60,523 nucleotides of DNA, taken from contig DIAQ01000108.1 in NCBI GenBank assembly GCA_002414865.1, forward strand, positions 471-60,993, given 5' to 3'. The position numbers and the translations under genes are program-made. The notes below the pieces were generated by a model, which saw nothing but the letters and a program-made list of their open reading frames with translations, made no database searches and was not told the DNA's origin. Below are positions 1 to 9,223 of this stretch, piece by piece. The number at the start of each line of letters is the position of its first letter. Within the stretch, counting starts at the first letter, position 1. This DNA comes from a candidate division Hyd24-12 bacterium UBA5074 (lineage in GTDB: Bacteria > Fermentibacterota > Fermentibacteria > Fermentibacterales > Fermentibacteraceae).

Positions 1-1497
1 CATCCAGCCCATGTTCCACTTGAGGGTGAAACCCAGGCCGCCGGTATCGACCGGCCGGGACACCGCGGGCCAGGCGGTGCTCTCCTCGGCGATCACGAAC
101 GCCCCCGGGAACAGCCCGTGAGCCCGGATGTTGAGGTCCTTCAGGAAGGAAACGGCATCGAGGTTCTCCCGCCCGCCACTCCGGTTCGGTATCCATTCGC
201 CGGGCTTCCTTGAGTAGTCCAGGTAGAGCATGGAGGCAACAGCGTCCACCCTCAGGCCGTCGACATGGAAGCGGTCGAGCCAGAAAAGCGCGGAGGCCCT
301 GAGGAACTCCCTCACTTCGGTCCGGCCGTAGTTGAAGACGAGCGTGTCCCAGTCGGGATGCCTGCCCAGGCGCGGGTCCTCGTGCTCGTAGAGCGCGGTC
401 CCGTCGAAGCGGGCCAGGCCGTGCGGGTCGGCCGGGAAGTGGGCGGGGGTCCAGTCCAGGATGACTCCGAGCCCGGCACCGTGGCACCTGTCGACGAACC
501 GCGCGAAGTCGGCGGGAGATCCCAGGCGGCTGGTGGGAGCGAAGTAGCCCAGGGTCTGGTAACCCCAGGAACCGTCGAGCGGGTGCTCCATCACGGGCAG
601 CAGCTCGAGATGGGTGAAGCCGAGACCTTTGGCGTAAGTGATCAGATCGTCGCCGAGATCGTCCCACCCGGGGAAGATCCTGCCGTCCGAGGGGCGTCTC
701 CACGACTGGGCGTGCAGTTCATAGACGGACATGGGGGATTCGACGACGCTCCTCCCGGCGCGGGTGCGCATCCAGGCTTCGTCGCTCCAGGTCCAGTCAG
801 CCTCCGGTTCGACCACGGATGCGGTCGCCGGCCTGAACTCGTATCTGAACGCCACCGGATCGGCCTTCTCGAGAAGCTCGCCCTTCCTCGACCTGATCGA
901 GAACTTGTAGAGGTCTCCGCAGCGGACGCCCGGGACGAACAGCTCCCAGATGCCGGTGGAGCCTCGCAGGCGCATGGGATGCCTCCGTCTGTCCCAGCCG
1001 TCGAAGCCGCCCATGACGCTCACCGTCGCCGCGTTGGGAGCCCAGACGGCGAAGAGCACGCCCTGGACGCTGCCGCAGCTCCACGGTCTGGCGCCGAGCA
1101 TGTCGTAAAGGCGGAGGTGCGTGCCCTCGCAGAAGAGGAAGAGATCGAGATCTCCGAGCTGGGGCAGGAAGCGGTAGGGATCTTCGCAGATCAGGCTCGA
1201 CCCATCGCGCAGGATCGCGCCGAGCCTGTATCCGAAGGAGGCGCATGCGCCCCGGGATCGCCAGACGAAGAGCCCGTCGGGGTCGACCCTGTGCATGGGG
1301 CGCGCCCTGCGGCCGTCCTCGGGCAATACGGAGACGGTTTCGGCGCCGGGCAGGAATGCACGGATCTCGAGCCGGGAGGACCCCTCAGGCCCGAGAGGGT
1401 GCAGCCCGAGGAGGACGAACGGATCGGGAAGGCTCGCGCCGACGATGGAAGCGATCTCCGCGGTCGTGAGTACGGTAGCTCTCGACGCCTCAGCCAT
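1..1497 (-). CDS. glgB: 1,4-alpha-glucan branching enzyme (GH13), partial, runs off the left edge
   Basis: Not in the ORF track because no stop lies in the window. Manual translation from ATG 1497 (GGAGG upstream): MAEASRATVLTTAEIASIVGASLPDPFVLLGLHP, DPYRF, FAVWAPNA, WELFVPG, ELLPVMEHPLDGSWGYQ, DWTPAHFP, DGLRVDAVASMLYLDYSR, IAEESTAWP, KWNMGWM. Confidence 0.96.
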   Translation of the reverse strand, partial: MAEASRATVLTTAEIASIVGASLPDPFVLLGLHPLGPEGSSRLEIRAFLPGAETVSVLPEDGRRARPMHRVDPDGLFVWRSRGACASFGYRLGAILRDGSSLICEDPYRFLPQLGDLDLFLFCEGTHLRLYDMLGARPWSCGSVQGVLFAVWAPNAATVSVMGGFDGWDRRRHPMRLRGSTGIWELFVPGVRCGDLYKFSIRSRKGELLEKADPVAFRYEFRPATASVVEPEADWTWSDEAWMRTRAGRSVVESPMSVYELHAQSWRRPSDGRIFPGWDDLGDDLITYAKGLGFTHLELLPVMEHPLDGSWGYQTLGYFAPTSRLGSPADFARFVDRCHGAGLGVILDWTPAHFPADPHGLARFDGTALYEHEDPRLGRHPDWDTLVFNYGRTEVREFLRASALFWLDRFHVDGLRVDAVASMLYLDYSRKPGEWIPNRSGGRENLDAVSFLKDLNIRAHGLFPGAFVIAEESTAWPAVSRPVDTGGLGFTLKWNMGWM

Positions 1498-1566
1498 ACC
1501 CGCCTCCGGGGCCTTGCGGCAAAAGTGCGCCCTCCGACGATCGGAGACACGTGTCAGATCCGGATT

Positions 1567-1594
1567 AGTCTAGTCTTGCCCGCTGTTTTGTCAA
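1567..1594 (-). promoter_or_regulatory. Putative sigma70 promoter for glgB
   Basis: Minus strand TTGACA-N16-TAGACT, about 70 nt upstream of the glgB ATG. Confidence 0.5.
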
Positions 1595-1616
1595 CCTCGG
1601 GGGACTGCTGGATGCG

Positions 1617-1645
1617 AAAGCGGGCGGAGGGGAGCTCCGCCCGCT
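1617..1645 (-). terminator. Putative intrinsic terminator after the DUF4870-like gene
   Basis: Perfect 11-bp stem AGCGGGCGGAG/CTCCGCCCGCT (1619-1629/1635-1645) with a 5-nt loop; only a short U tract on the minus strand. Confidence 0.55.
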
Positions 1646-1664
1646 GGATAATTCCGGAGAGGCG

Positions 1665-2009
1665 TCAGGCCTGGGGGGCCGCAGCCTGCTGATCCGGCTT
1701 CAGGAGGCCGATCTTGAAGCCGAGCGAGCCGATCACCGGCAGCGGGGCGACCTTGCCGCCGAAGCCGTTGATCAGGCCCATGACCAGCATCACGAGGCAG
1801 AACAGGGACCAGATCCAGCCGATGATGGGGATCACGGCGAGCAAAAAGCAGATGGCGAGCACCAGGCCCTGCTGGGCGTGGTAGAGGGTGAAGCGGTTTT
1901 CCTTCCCGGCCAGGTAGCCGATGAGGAAGCCGATGATGCCGAGGTAGGAAACTCCGGCAAGGACCTTCCCCTCGTCTATCTCTGTCTGGGTGAAAGTGTA
2001 CTGGTCCAT
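1665..2009 (-). CDS. DUF4870-like small membrane protein
   Basis: Start re-called to MDQYTF (AAGGGG RBS). EIDEGKVLAGVSYLG, ENRFTLYHAQQGLVL, IPIIGW and GKVAPLPVIG match the DUF4870 pattern; 3 hydrophobic segments. Confidence 0.75.
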   Translation of the reverse strand: MDQYTFTQTEIDEGKVLAGVSYLGIIGFLIGYLAGKENRFTLYHAQQGLVLAICFLLAVIPIIGWIWSLFCLVMLVMGLINGFGGKVAPLPVIGSLGFKIGLLKPDQQAAAPQA

Positions 2010-2186
2010 TCTGCCCCTTTCGTCGAGTTGCGGTGGCCCGCTTCCGGAATGGATCGAAACACCAGATGTCGACACGCAATTGTCGCTGATGTTGAGGGCC
2101 GTGTCAAGCAACCACGATCGACGGTCCGGCGGGAGGTCCGGTGCGACGGCGGTTTATGTATGATCCCGTGAACGGAAGGGGGACTG

Positions 2187-2606
2187 ATGGACGAACAGAA
2201 TCTCGGCCATCTCAGGCTGCTCGGCATATTCCACTACGTGCTGGGCGGCATGGCTGTGCTTTTCTCGCTGATCTGGCTTATCTACATCTTCCTCGGAGCA
2301 TTCATCGCGACGGCCCCCGATGCTTTCTCATCGAAGAACGGCGAGCCACCGCCCGAATTCTTCGGATGGTTCCTCTCGGGTTTCGGAGTGATGCTCATGC
2401 TCATCGGCTGGGGGGTCGCGACGCTGCTCTTCATCGCAGGGCGCAACCTGTCGAACCACAGGCATCACACGTTCTGCATGGTCGTCGCGGCCGTCGCGTG
2501 CCTCTTCATGCCGCTGGGCACCATCCTGGGCGTCTTCACGCTGGTGGTGCTCACGCAGTCAGGGGTGAAGGAGCTGTTCGACGCAGGGACCGCCCGGGCC
2601 GCCTGA
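2187..2606 (+). CDS. Conserved hypothetical multi-pass membrane protein
   Basis: 139 aa, GGGGGA RBS, 3-4 hydrophobic helices, C-terminal CLFMPLGTILGVFTLVVL; host-like codon usage. Confidence 0.75.
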   Translation: MDEQNLGHLRLLGIFHYVLGGMAVLFSLIWLIYIFLGAFIATAPDAFSSKNGEPPPEFFGWFLSGFGVMLMLIGWGVATLLFIAGRNLSNHRHHTFCMVVAAVACLFMPLGTILGVFTLVVLTQSGVKELFDAGTARAA

Positions 2607-2703
2607 ACAGCAGCCGGAATCGTTCGATCCGGGTCTCCGGTGCACCGGTTCGACCCCCGCAGGAACTCCGGAGCCAGCGGGGAGTTTGATCCAATCGTAG
2701 TCG

Positions 2704-2732
2704 TTGACAGCATCGAGGCTGGTGGGTAACAT
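2704..2732 (+). promoter_or_regulatory. Putative sigma70 promoter with a very short leader
   Basis: TTGACA-N17-TAACAT ending 9 nt before ATG 2742; no SD in between. Confidence 0.6.
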
Positions 2733-2741
2733 TGCTGCACC

Positions 2742-3113
2742 ATGGATTCCGACGGCAGGCAGAAAGTCTTCTCGGGCAGGGACAGGAGGGCGCATCCTCG
2801 CGCCAGTCTCGACCTGGATGTGAGCATAGGCATGGACGACATGCCGGTCCTGCCGGTCATAACCCTCAACCTCAGCGCATCAGGCCTCTACTGCGTCAGC
2901 CGCATGAGCCTCGGGGAACTTTCGAGGATAGAGCTGGTAATAAGGCTGGACGAGGAACACGAGATTTCCGCGCGGGCCGTCGTCATCAGACAGGAGCCCC
3001 TCTCGGACGGCAGCTTCGGCATAGGGATGTTCTTCACCAGCATCAGCGACGAGAACAGGGCCATAATCTCGGAGATGGTGGCTCGGGCAAACGAGAAGGC
3101 CGGCCTGGAATGA
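2742..3113 (+). CDS. Stand-alone PilZ domain protein (c-di-GMP receptor)
   Basis: RRAHPR (RxxxR) and NLSASG (D/NxSxxG) motifs; C-terminal GIGMFF beta strand. Confidence 0.85.
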   Translation: MDSDGRQKVFSGRDRRAHPRASLDLDVSIGMDDMPVLPVITLNLSASGLYCVSRMSLGELSRIELVIRLDEEHEISARAVVIRQEPLSDGSFGIGMFFTSISDENRAIISEMVARANEKAGLE

Positions 3114-4192
3114 GACGACTCCTGCTCCTGCTCCCCCTGGTGGCAGTCTGCGCGACGGCCTCGGCCGCCAAGTACGCCGGCGAGTTCATGTACGCAGGAG
3201 CCGGCGCGCGCGCCCTGGGCATGGGTGGAGCCTTCTGCGCCATCGCCGACGATGCGACGGCCGCCTACTGGAACCCCGCGGGCCTCGTCAGGCTCTCCGG
3301 TCAGCAGGCTCAATTCATGCACAGCGAGAGGTTCGGCGGCCTGATAAAGTATGACTACCTGGCATATGCCCGGCCCTACGGAACAGGCGCGCTCGCGGCC
3401 AGCCTCTTCAGAACCGATGCTGGCGACGTTGCCGACACCACCGATCTTCAGTGGTACGACACCGGCTCGGACGGAGTGGCGGGAGTCGACGGGGAAGGCG
3501 AGCCCGGGGACTCCGGCAACGACGACTACGATCCCGACACCAATCCGGGAGGCACGGAAGGCAACGGGGAGTGGGACCCGGGCGAGGAGCTGATCTACGA
3601 CGAAGGCCGCATCACATGGGGCAGCGCGGTCGACTATGCCCTCTACCTGTCCTGGGCGCGGCCGGTCACCGATGAGCTCTCGGCGGGTCTGAGCGCCAAG
3701 ATAGTCCAGCGCAGCCTCCTCGATCACAGCGCGTTCGGGGCCGGCATCGATGCGGGCGTCCAGTGGAGGCCCTCCGAGCGCTTCTCCGCCGGCCTCAATC
3801 TGCAGGACACCTTCGGCACGCATGTGTTCTGGGACACCGGCAGCAACGAGAGCGTCCTGCCCACGGCCAAGCTGGGGGTCGCCACAAGCTGGTACCTGGG
3901 CCGCTTCTCCACCATGGCCACCTTCGCCGCCGACGGGGACTTCCGCTTCGAGGGGAGGCGCTACGCCGCCCAGTACCACGTGGGCGACGTGAGCCTCGAC
4001 ACGCACTTCGGCGTCGATCTCCGCATCCATGACCGCGTCGGTCTCAGGTTCGGAGCCTCTGAAGGGAACATCACTGCGGGCGCCGGCCTGAGCCTCGGGC
4101 TCTTCGGACATCCCGTAACCCTCGACTACGCCTTCCTGGGCCACGAGGAGCTCGATGACACCCATCGCTTCTCCCTCGGGGTCGGCTTCTGA
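3110..4192 (+). CDS. PorV/PorQ (UPF0164)-family outer-membrane beta-barrel protein
   Basis: ATGA overlap with PilZ; signal peptide MRRLLLLLPLVAVCATASA; GAGARALGMGGAFCAIADDATAAYWNPAGL; C-terminal LDYAF...THRFSLGVGF. Confidence 0.82.
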   Translation: MRRLLLLLPLVAVCATASAAKYAGEFMYAGAGARALGMGGAFCAIADDATAAYWNPAGLVRLSGQQAQFMHSERFGGLIKYDYLAYARPYGTGALAASLFRTDAGDVADTTDLQWYDTGSDGVAGVDGEGEPGDSGNDDYDPDTNPGGTEGNGEWDPGEELIYDEGRITWGSAVDYALYLSWARPVTDELSAGLSAKIVQRSLLDHSAFGAGIDAGVQWRPSERFSAGLNLQDTFGTHVFWDTGSNESVLPTAKLGVATSWYLGRFSTMATFAADGDFRFEGRRYAAQYHVGDVSLDTHFGVDLRIHDRVGLRFGASEGNITAGAGLSLGLFGHPVTLDYAFLGHEELDDTHRFSLGVGF

Positions 4193-4211
4193 GCCGAAGG
4201 TCCATCCAGCA

Positions 4212-4814
4212 GTGACATATCCAGGCGAGGTGCTCAGGAAGGCTGTCCATCTCGCTTCCATCGCCATCCCGCTGGCCGCGGTCCTTGTGGACAAGAGCCT
4301 CCTGGTGATGATCCTCGCTGCGGTTTCGATGTGCCTCCTGCTCGCGGACTACCTCAAGCTGAGGAACCAGGGCTTCAAGATCTTCTTCCTTCAGGCCTTC
4401 GGAGAGCTTCTCAGGAGGCACGAGAGGCAGGGCGGCATCACGGGCTCGACCATCCTCGTGGCCTCCGCAGCCCTGACCATCTTCATCTATCGTCAGGAGA
4501 CCGCCGTTGCGGCCCTCCTGTTCCTGACTCTGGGCGACAGCATGGCCGCCCTCGTGGGCAGGCGCTACGGGAGGATCAGGCTCGTCTGCGGCCGGACGCT
4601 GGAGGGGAGCCTTGCAGCCTTCGTGAGCTGCCTGTTCGCCAGCGCGGTGATGCTGGCCCTCGCACCGCGGTTCGGGTGGAGCCTCTCCCCGGTCGCACTT
4701 CTTGCGGGCTCCGCCATGGCCACCCTGGCCGAGCTCGTGGACATGCCGCTGGACGACAACTTCAGAATCCCGATCCTCTCCGGCCTCGTCATGGAACTCA
4801 TCCTGCCGGGCTGA
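4212..4814 (+). CDS. CTP-dependent polyprenol/diacylglycerol kinase family membrane protein (dolichol/phytol kinase-like)
   Basis: RKAVH, LFLTLGDSMAALVGRRYG, RTLEGSLA, ELVDMPLDDNFRIP; GTG start at 4212 is inferred. Confidence 0.78.
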   Translation: MTYPGEVLRKAVHLASIAIPLAAVLVDKSLLVMILAAVSMCLLLADYLKLRNQGFKIFFLQAFGELLRRHERQGGITGSTILVASAALTIFIYRQETAVAALLFLTLGDSMAALVGRRYGRIRLVCGRTLEGSLAAFVSCLFASAVMLALAPRFGWSLSPVALLAGSAMATLAELVDMPLDDNFRIPILSGLVMELILPG

Positions 4815-6178
4815 TGAAGCCCCCCGCCTCGAGAGGCATGCCGCGGACCTGGTTCATGGAGGTCTACGGCTGCCAGATGAATCTCAACGATTCCGAGCTG
4901 ATCAGGCGCATCCTCCTGGACGGGGGATTCGAGGAGGTGGCCGACGACAAGCTCGCCGACTGCATCCTGATCGTCACCTGCGCCGTTCGTGAGAAGGCCG
5001 AGGTGCGGGCGCTGGGCAGGGCTGCTCAGCTCTCGGGGATCAGGAAGGATGGCTCGCGGCCGATCGTCGCCCTCTGCGGCTGCGTGGCCCAGGAGCATGG
5101 CGAAGGTCTGCTCGGGCGCGTGCGGGGGATAGACCTCGTCGTGGGCCCCGACTGCTACAGGCAGCTGCCGGCGCTCCTCCTGGAAGGGTCCTCCCGGTCC
5201 TGCACAGAGCTGACCTCCGAGGACTACGAGGGCCTCGTGCCCGTCCGGAAGGCCTTCCCGAGGGCCTTCGTCACCATAATGCGCGGCTGCGACAACTTCT
5301 GCAGCTACTGCATCGTCCCTCATGTCCGCGGAAGGGAGAGGAGCAGGCGGATGGGCGCCGTTCTCGAAGAAGTGGCGGCTCTTTCCGGCCAGGGCTACAG
5401 GGATATCACGCTGCTCGGCCAGAATGTGAACTCCTATTCTTCGGACGGGGCCTCCTTCCCCGAGTTGCTGCGCGAAGCCTCTGCAGCAGCCCGCCCCGCA
5501 TGGATCAGATTCGTGACGAGCCATCCCCGGGATTTCAGCGACGAGCTGATCTCGGTGATCCCGGCGTGTCGCAACATCTGCAGACAGGTGCATCTGCCCG
5601 CCCAGTCAGGCAACGACAGAATCCTCTCCCTCATGGGGAGGGGATACACAAGACGCGATTATCTCGGGCGCATCGGGGCGCTGAGGGAGGCGGTCCCCGG
5701 GGTCGTGCTCTCGACCGACCTCATCGCGGGCTTCCCCGGGGAGAGCGAGGAGGAGTTCGGCGAAACTCTGTCTCTGCTCACCGAGGCAGGATTCGACTAC
5801 GCCTTCCTGTTCAGGTACTCGGAGCGGCTGGGCACCGCCGCAGCGGACCTCCCGGACCGCATTCCGGTGACGGAGCGCCTGCGAAGGCTGCACCTCCTCC
5901 AGGAGGCCCAGAAGCGGATCACCGAGGACCGTTCCGCCGCGCTGGAGGGGACGGTCGTGCCGGTCCTGGTCACCGGTCCCGGCGCCGGCAGGGGGCAGAT
6001 GGCCGGAAGGACCGCCGGGAACAGGGCCGTCATCTTCAGGAACGGCGCGCCGATGCCCGGCCGCTTCGTCACCGCCTCGATAACCGGGACCGACGGCTGG
6101 ACCCACTTCGCCGAGGTCGTGGAGGTTCTAGGCCCGGATGGATCTCCGGAAGCGTCGGAGACCCGGGCCGCGCCATGA
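4814..6178 (+). CDS. miaB: tRNA ms2i6A37 methylthiotransferase (radical SAM)
   Basis: YGCQMN, VTCAVREKAE, GCVAQ, GCDNFCSYCIVP, LLGQNVNSY, RFVTSHP, HLPAQSG, C-terminal TRAM domain. Confidence 0.93.
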   Translation: MKPPASRGMPRTWFMEVYGCQMNLNDSELIRRILLDGGFEEVADDKLADCILIVTCAVREKAEVRALGRAAQLSGIRKDGSRPIVALCGCVAQEHGEGLLGRVRGIDLVVGPDCYRQLPALLLEGSSRSCTELTSEDYEGLVPVRKAFPRAFVTIMRGCDNFCSYCIVPHVRGRERSRRMGAVLEEVAALSGQGYRDITLLGQNVNSYSSDGASFPELLREASAAARPAWIRFVTSHPRDFSDELISVIPACRNICRQVHLPAQSGNDRILSLMGRGYTRRDYLGRIGALREAVPGVVLSTDLIAGFPGESEEEFGETLSLLTEAGFDYAFLFRYSERLGTAAADLPDRIPVTERLRRLHLLQEAQKRITEDRSAALEGTVVPVLVTGPGAGRGQMAGRTAGNRAVIFRNGAPMPGRFVTASITGTDGWTHFAEVVEVLGPDGSPEASETRAAP

Positions 6179-7179
6179 TCGCGAAACGCCTCGAGAAGGC
6201 CGGGAGGAGGGGGCTTGCAGGGGTTGCCAGACACCTCGTGCCGCCCGTCTCCGCCGGAGCCCGGCTGCCGGAGAGACCTGAGGGCATCCTTGTCGTGAGA
6301 CCGGATTCGAGGCTGGGGAACCTGGTCCTCCTGGAGCCGCTGCTCAGGTCCCTCGTCGCCCGCTTCTCCGGGACCCGTGTAGCCCTTCTCGCCAGTGACA
6401 GGTTCTCGGGGTTGCTCATCAGCCAGGGATACGAAGTGATCGAGGCCCGGAAGGCGGACATGGCATCCCATCCGTGGAAGTTTCCCGGATTCTGCCGCAG
6501 GCTTGGCAGGGAGGGTTTCGACGTGGCCATCGATGCGAGCCATCCCGGGGGGTTCTCGCTCTCGGGGGCGGTGGTCACCGGGCTCAGCCGCGCACCTGTC
6601 CGGATCGGGTTCGACGCCGGCGACTGCAGGGGGTGGTACACCCATCTCATCGCACCCCCCGGCTACGGGATGCACGAGAGCGAAGCGCTCCATGCCCTCG
6701 GAGGCCTGTGGGCAGGCTGGCCGGGGTGGAGCAGACCAGTCCTCTCGCCTCCCCGTTCCGGTGTCGGCAGACGCGCGGCCGGGCTCCATGTGGGCGCGAG
6801 CAGAGGGAAGGCCTTGCCCTTCGAGAAACTGCGCGACATCGCACGCATCGTCTCGTCGAGGATGCCGCTGGAGATCTACTGGGGCACGGATGAGGAGAAG
6901 ACGCTCGCAGAGGCCGTCAGCGAGGCAGGAGGAAGGGTCATGCCAGGGCTGCCGGTTCCGGATCTGCTCGTGGCGCTGGCCGGGCTCTCCGTGTTCGTGA
7001 CGGCGGACAACGGGCCGATGCACGCGGCTTCCGCCCTCGGAGTCCCGGTCGTGGCGCTCTTCCGCATCGGCAATTTCGAGAGGTATCGCCCTCTCTCCGA
7101 TGGATCGTCCGTCCTGTACGACCCCGAGGGCCCGGATCCCGTCGAGGCAGCAGGCCGCGCCTTCGCGGCCGCCCGCTAG
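6175..7179 (+). CDS. Glycosyltransferase family 9 (LPS heptosyltransferase-like)
   Basis: VVRPDSRLGNLVLLEPLL, RIGF, HVGAS, FVTADNGPMHAASALGVPVVALF. Confidence 0.85.
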   Translation: MIAKRLEKAGRRGLAGVARHLVPPVSAGARLPERPEGILVVRPDSRLGNLVLLEPLLRSLVARFSGTRVALLASDRFSGLLISQGYEVIEARKADMASHPWKFPGFCRRLGREGFDVAIDASHPGGFSLSGAVVTGLSRAPVRIGFDAGDCRGWYTHLIAPPGYGMHESEALHALGGLWAGWPGWSRPVLSPPRSGVGRRAAGLHVGASRGKALPFEKLRDIARIVSSRMPLEIYWGTDEEKTLAEAVSEAGGRVMPGLPVPDLLVALAGLSVFVTADNGPMHAASALGVPVVALFRIGNFERYRPLSDGSSVLYDPEGPDPVEAAGRAFAAAR

Positions 7180-7418
7180 CCCTCGTCGTCCTTCCTGCCG
7201 GCAGGGGCGGCCCCGCCCTCGCCTTCCAGACCCGACAGCACCTCCCTGACAGACATCTCCGTGGCGGAAAGTCTGGAGCGCAGGTCGTGGATGAGCTCCA
7301 CGGCCCTCCTGACCTTCCCCTCGAGCTCGTCCACCGGGCAGTCCTCCCGTCCGATGGCATCGACGATCCCTGTCAGCTCCTCCAGCTTTTCCTCGAACGA
7401 AGCGGTTTTCCTGGGCAT
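7176..7418 (-). CDS. xseB: Exodeoxyribonuclease VII small subunit
   Basis: 80 aa SFEEKLEELTGIV pattern, directly downstream of xseA. Confidence 0.85.
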   Translation of the reverse strand: MPRKTASFEEKLEELTGIVDAIGREDCPVDELEGKVRRAVELIHDLRSRLSATEMSVREVLSGLEGEGGAAPAGRKDDEG

Positions 7419-7422
7419 CGTG

Positions 7423-8814
7423 CTACCTCGATATCTCCTCGGTGCGGGCTGTTATGGTGCCGTCTGAAAGCCTCACCCGGATCCTGCTCCCGGGCGAGGT
7501 GTCGGAGATGCTCCTGAGCGGCCTCCCGTCCTCCGCCGTGGCCAGCGACCACCCCAGAGCGAGCATCCTCGATGGATCCCTCGCCATGACGGCCGCCTCC
7601 AGGATGCCGAGTCTGAGACCCTCCCTCTCGAGAGCCCTTCGCGATGATGCGGCAAGCGAAGACCGGAGGTTCGCCATCCCGGCCAGGGCGCTGGTCACAG
7701 CGGGAGGCGTCCCCAGCGACAGGAGGACGGACCCGGCCGACTCCAGCGCTCCTGCAGGGCCTGCGAGCCTCAGGGCTGCGGAGCTCCTGATCCTTGCGAG
7801 CATGACGTCCGTCTGCCTCACGAGCCTGGCGGATGCCGCCTGGAGCAGGGGCGACAGGCGTGAAGCCACCGCCTCGATCTGCCTGCGTTCTCCTCTTACG
7901 AGGGGCAGGGCCGTCCTGGCCAGGAGCAGGGCCAGCGAGTCCACCTCGGCGGCGGACTTCGCGACCTTGTCCACCAGGATCGAGGCGGCATGCGTGGGCG
8001 TCTTGGCCCGCGTGGCCGCCACGAAATCGGGCAGAGTGAAGTCGATCTCGTGCCCGATGCCCGAGATCACGTGCCACGGGGCGGCCGCGATGGATCTCCC
8101 GAGTGTCTCGGAGTCGAACCAGGCGAGGTCGGCTGAAGAGCCTCCGCCCCTGGTGATGACGACTGCGTCGAGCTGTCCGTATGCCTCCAGGCGCTTCATG
8201 GCAGCTGCCACGGATCTGCCTGTCGCAGCGCCCTGCATGGGCGCGGGAGAGAGGATCACCTGGAATGGATAGCGGCTCTCGCGGAGAGTCGTGAGGAAGT
8301 CTTCCAGAGCGGCGGAGCCCGAGGCGGTGACAACGCCTATCCTGAGCGGGAGCGCGGGCAGCTCCCTGGCGGCGTTCCGGTCGAGGAGACCCTCCGCCCT
8401 CAGTTTTTCGACAAGTTTCCTGAGCAGGAGGACGTGCTCCTCCTGGAACGACCTCGGATCGACCGCCTCGATGATGAACTGGAACCTGCCCGAAGGCGGC
8501 CACAGATCGACGCGGCCCAGAACTCTGAGCGACATGCCTTCCCGGACTTCGAAGGGGAGACCCTCCCTCGCGAAGTCCCTCACGGCGGCGGCCCTCGCTC
8601 CTGCGAAAAGGGCGCAGTCGATCACCGCGACGACGCTGTCGTCAGACGGGGAACGCTCGACGAGCTGGAAGTAGAGATGACCGCGCGACTGGAGACGGGG
8701 CCGGCCCGAGACCTCTCCGCGCAGCCACAGGGGGTACGGGTACGCTACGCCGAGCAGCTCCCGGACACGCTGGTTGAGCTGCAGGACGCCGAGGTCGCCT
8801 TCCCGGGGCTCCAT
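7423..8814 (-). CDS. xseA: Exodeoxyribonuclease VII large subunit
   Basis: WLRGEVS, GHLYF OB fold, IGVVTASGSAALED, ITRGGGS, SGIGHEIDFT, RAKTPT. Confidence 0.95.
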   Translation of the reverse strand: MEPREGDLGVLQLNQRVRELLGVAYPYPLWLRGEVSGRPRLQSRGHLYFQLVERSPSDDSVVAVIDCALFAGARAAAVRDFAREGLPFEVREGMSLRVLGRVDLWPPSGRFQFIIEAVDPRSFQEEHVLLLRKLVEKLRAEGLLDRNAARELPALPLRIGVVTASGSAALEDFLTTLRESRYPFQVILSPAPMQGAATGRSVAAAMKRLEAYGQLDAVVITRGGGSSADLAWFDSETLGRSIAAAPWHVISGIGHEIDFTLPDFVAATRAKTPTHAASILVDKVAKSAAEVDSLALLLARTALPLVRGERRQIEAVASRLSPLLQAASARLVRQTDVMLARIRSSAALRLAGPAGALESAGSVLLSLGTPPAVTSALAGMANLRSSLAASSRRALEREGLRLGILEAAVMARDPSRMLALGWSLATAEDGRPLRSISDTSPGSRIRVRLSDGTITARTEEISR

Positions 8815-8818
8815 GCCC

Positions 8819-9199
8819 TCAGTAGACCTTCAGCTCGTAGTCCCCCCCGGTGGATCCGATGTCATGGATCACGATGTAGGCAGGCCCGGTATACGGGGCG
8901 GTGAGCGTGAAGCTCTCGGAGCCCTGCTGGCGCCCCTGCGCGATGGAGAAGCCGAGCGAGTACTGGAAGTCCTCCCCGTAGGGAAGGCTCATGAACTCGT
9001 CGAAGTCCATGTCCTTGGAGGCCACGACGACATCGAAGTCGGCCTCCGCGGAGCCTGCGTCGAGCAGAACCCAGTAGTCCACTCCTTCGCAGATCGTGAT
9101 CGTGTAGACGGCGGTGGCGCCTCTCGACATGGAGTCTCCGGCCGAGAGGAGGGGATCGGACCCCAGCGCCGACAGCAGGACAAGGGATGTCAGGATCAT
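8819..9199 (-). CDS. Small exported beta-sandwich protein (PPC-like), function unknown
   Basis: AAGGAGG RBS, N-terminal hydrophobic signal, DFDVVV, ESFTLTAPYTGPAYIVIH and GGDYELKV resemble pre-peptidase C-terminal domains. Confidence 0.65.
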   Translation of the reverse strand: MILTSLVLLSALGSDPLLSAGDSMSRGATAVYTITICEGVDYWVLLDAGSAEADFDVVVASKDMDFDEFMSLPYGEDFQYSLGFSIAQGRQQGSESFTLTAPYTGPAYIVIHDIGSTGGDYELKVY

Positions 9200-9223
9200 C
9201 TGGACCTCCTTGGCATCTTCCGA

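Noticed and set aside
265-1692. 475-aa + strand ORF and many other long antisense or alternate-frame ORFs (e.g. 2888-4294, 9447-11273, 16679-17734, 28507-29961, 38595-39827, 52909-54198)
   Set aside because: Shadow ORFs of GC3-biased real genes on the other strand or frame; Arg/Pro/Gly-rich, with no recognisable motifs.
2645-2660. GGTTCGACCCC, resembling a tRNA/tmRNA T-loop or an integration site
   Set aside because: No pairing T-stem, acceptor stem, anticodon arm or CCA, and no integrase nearby.
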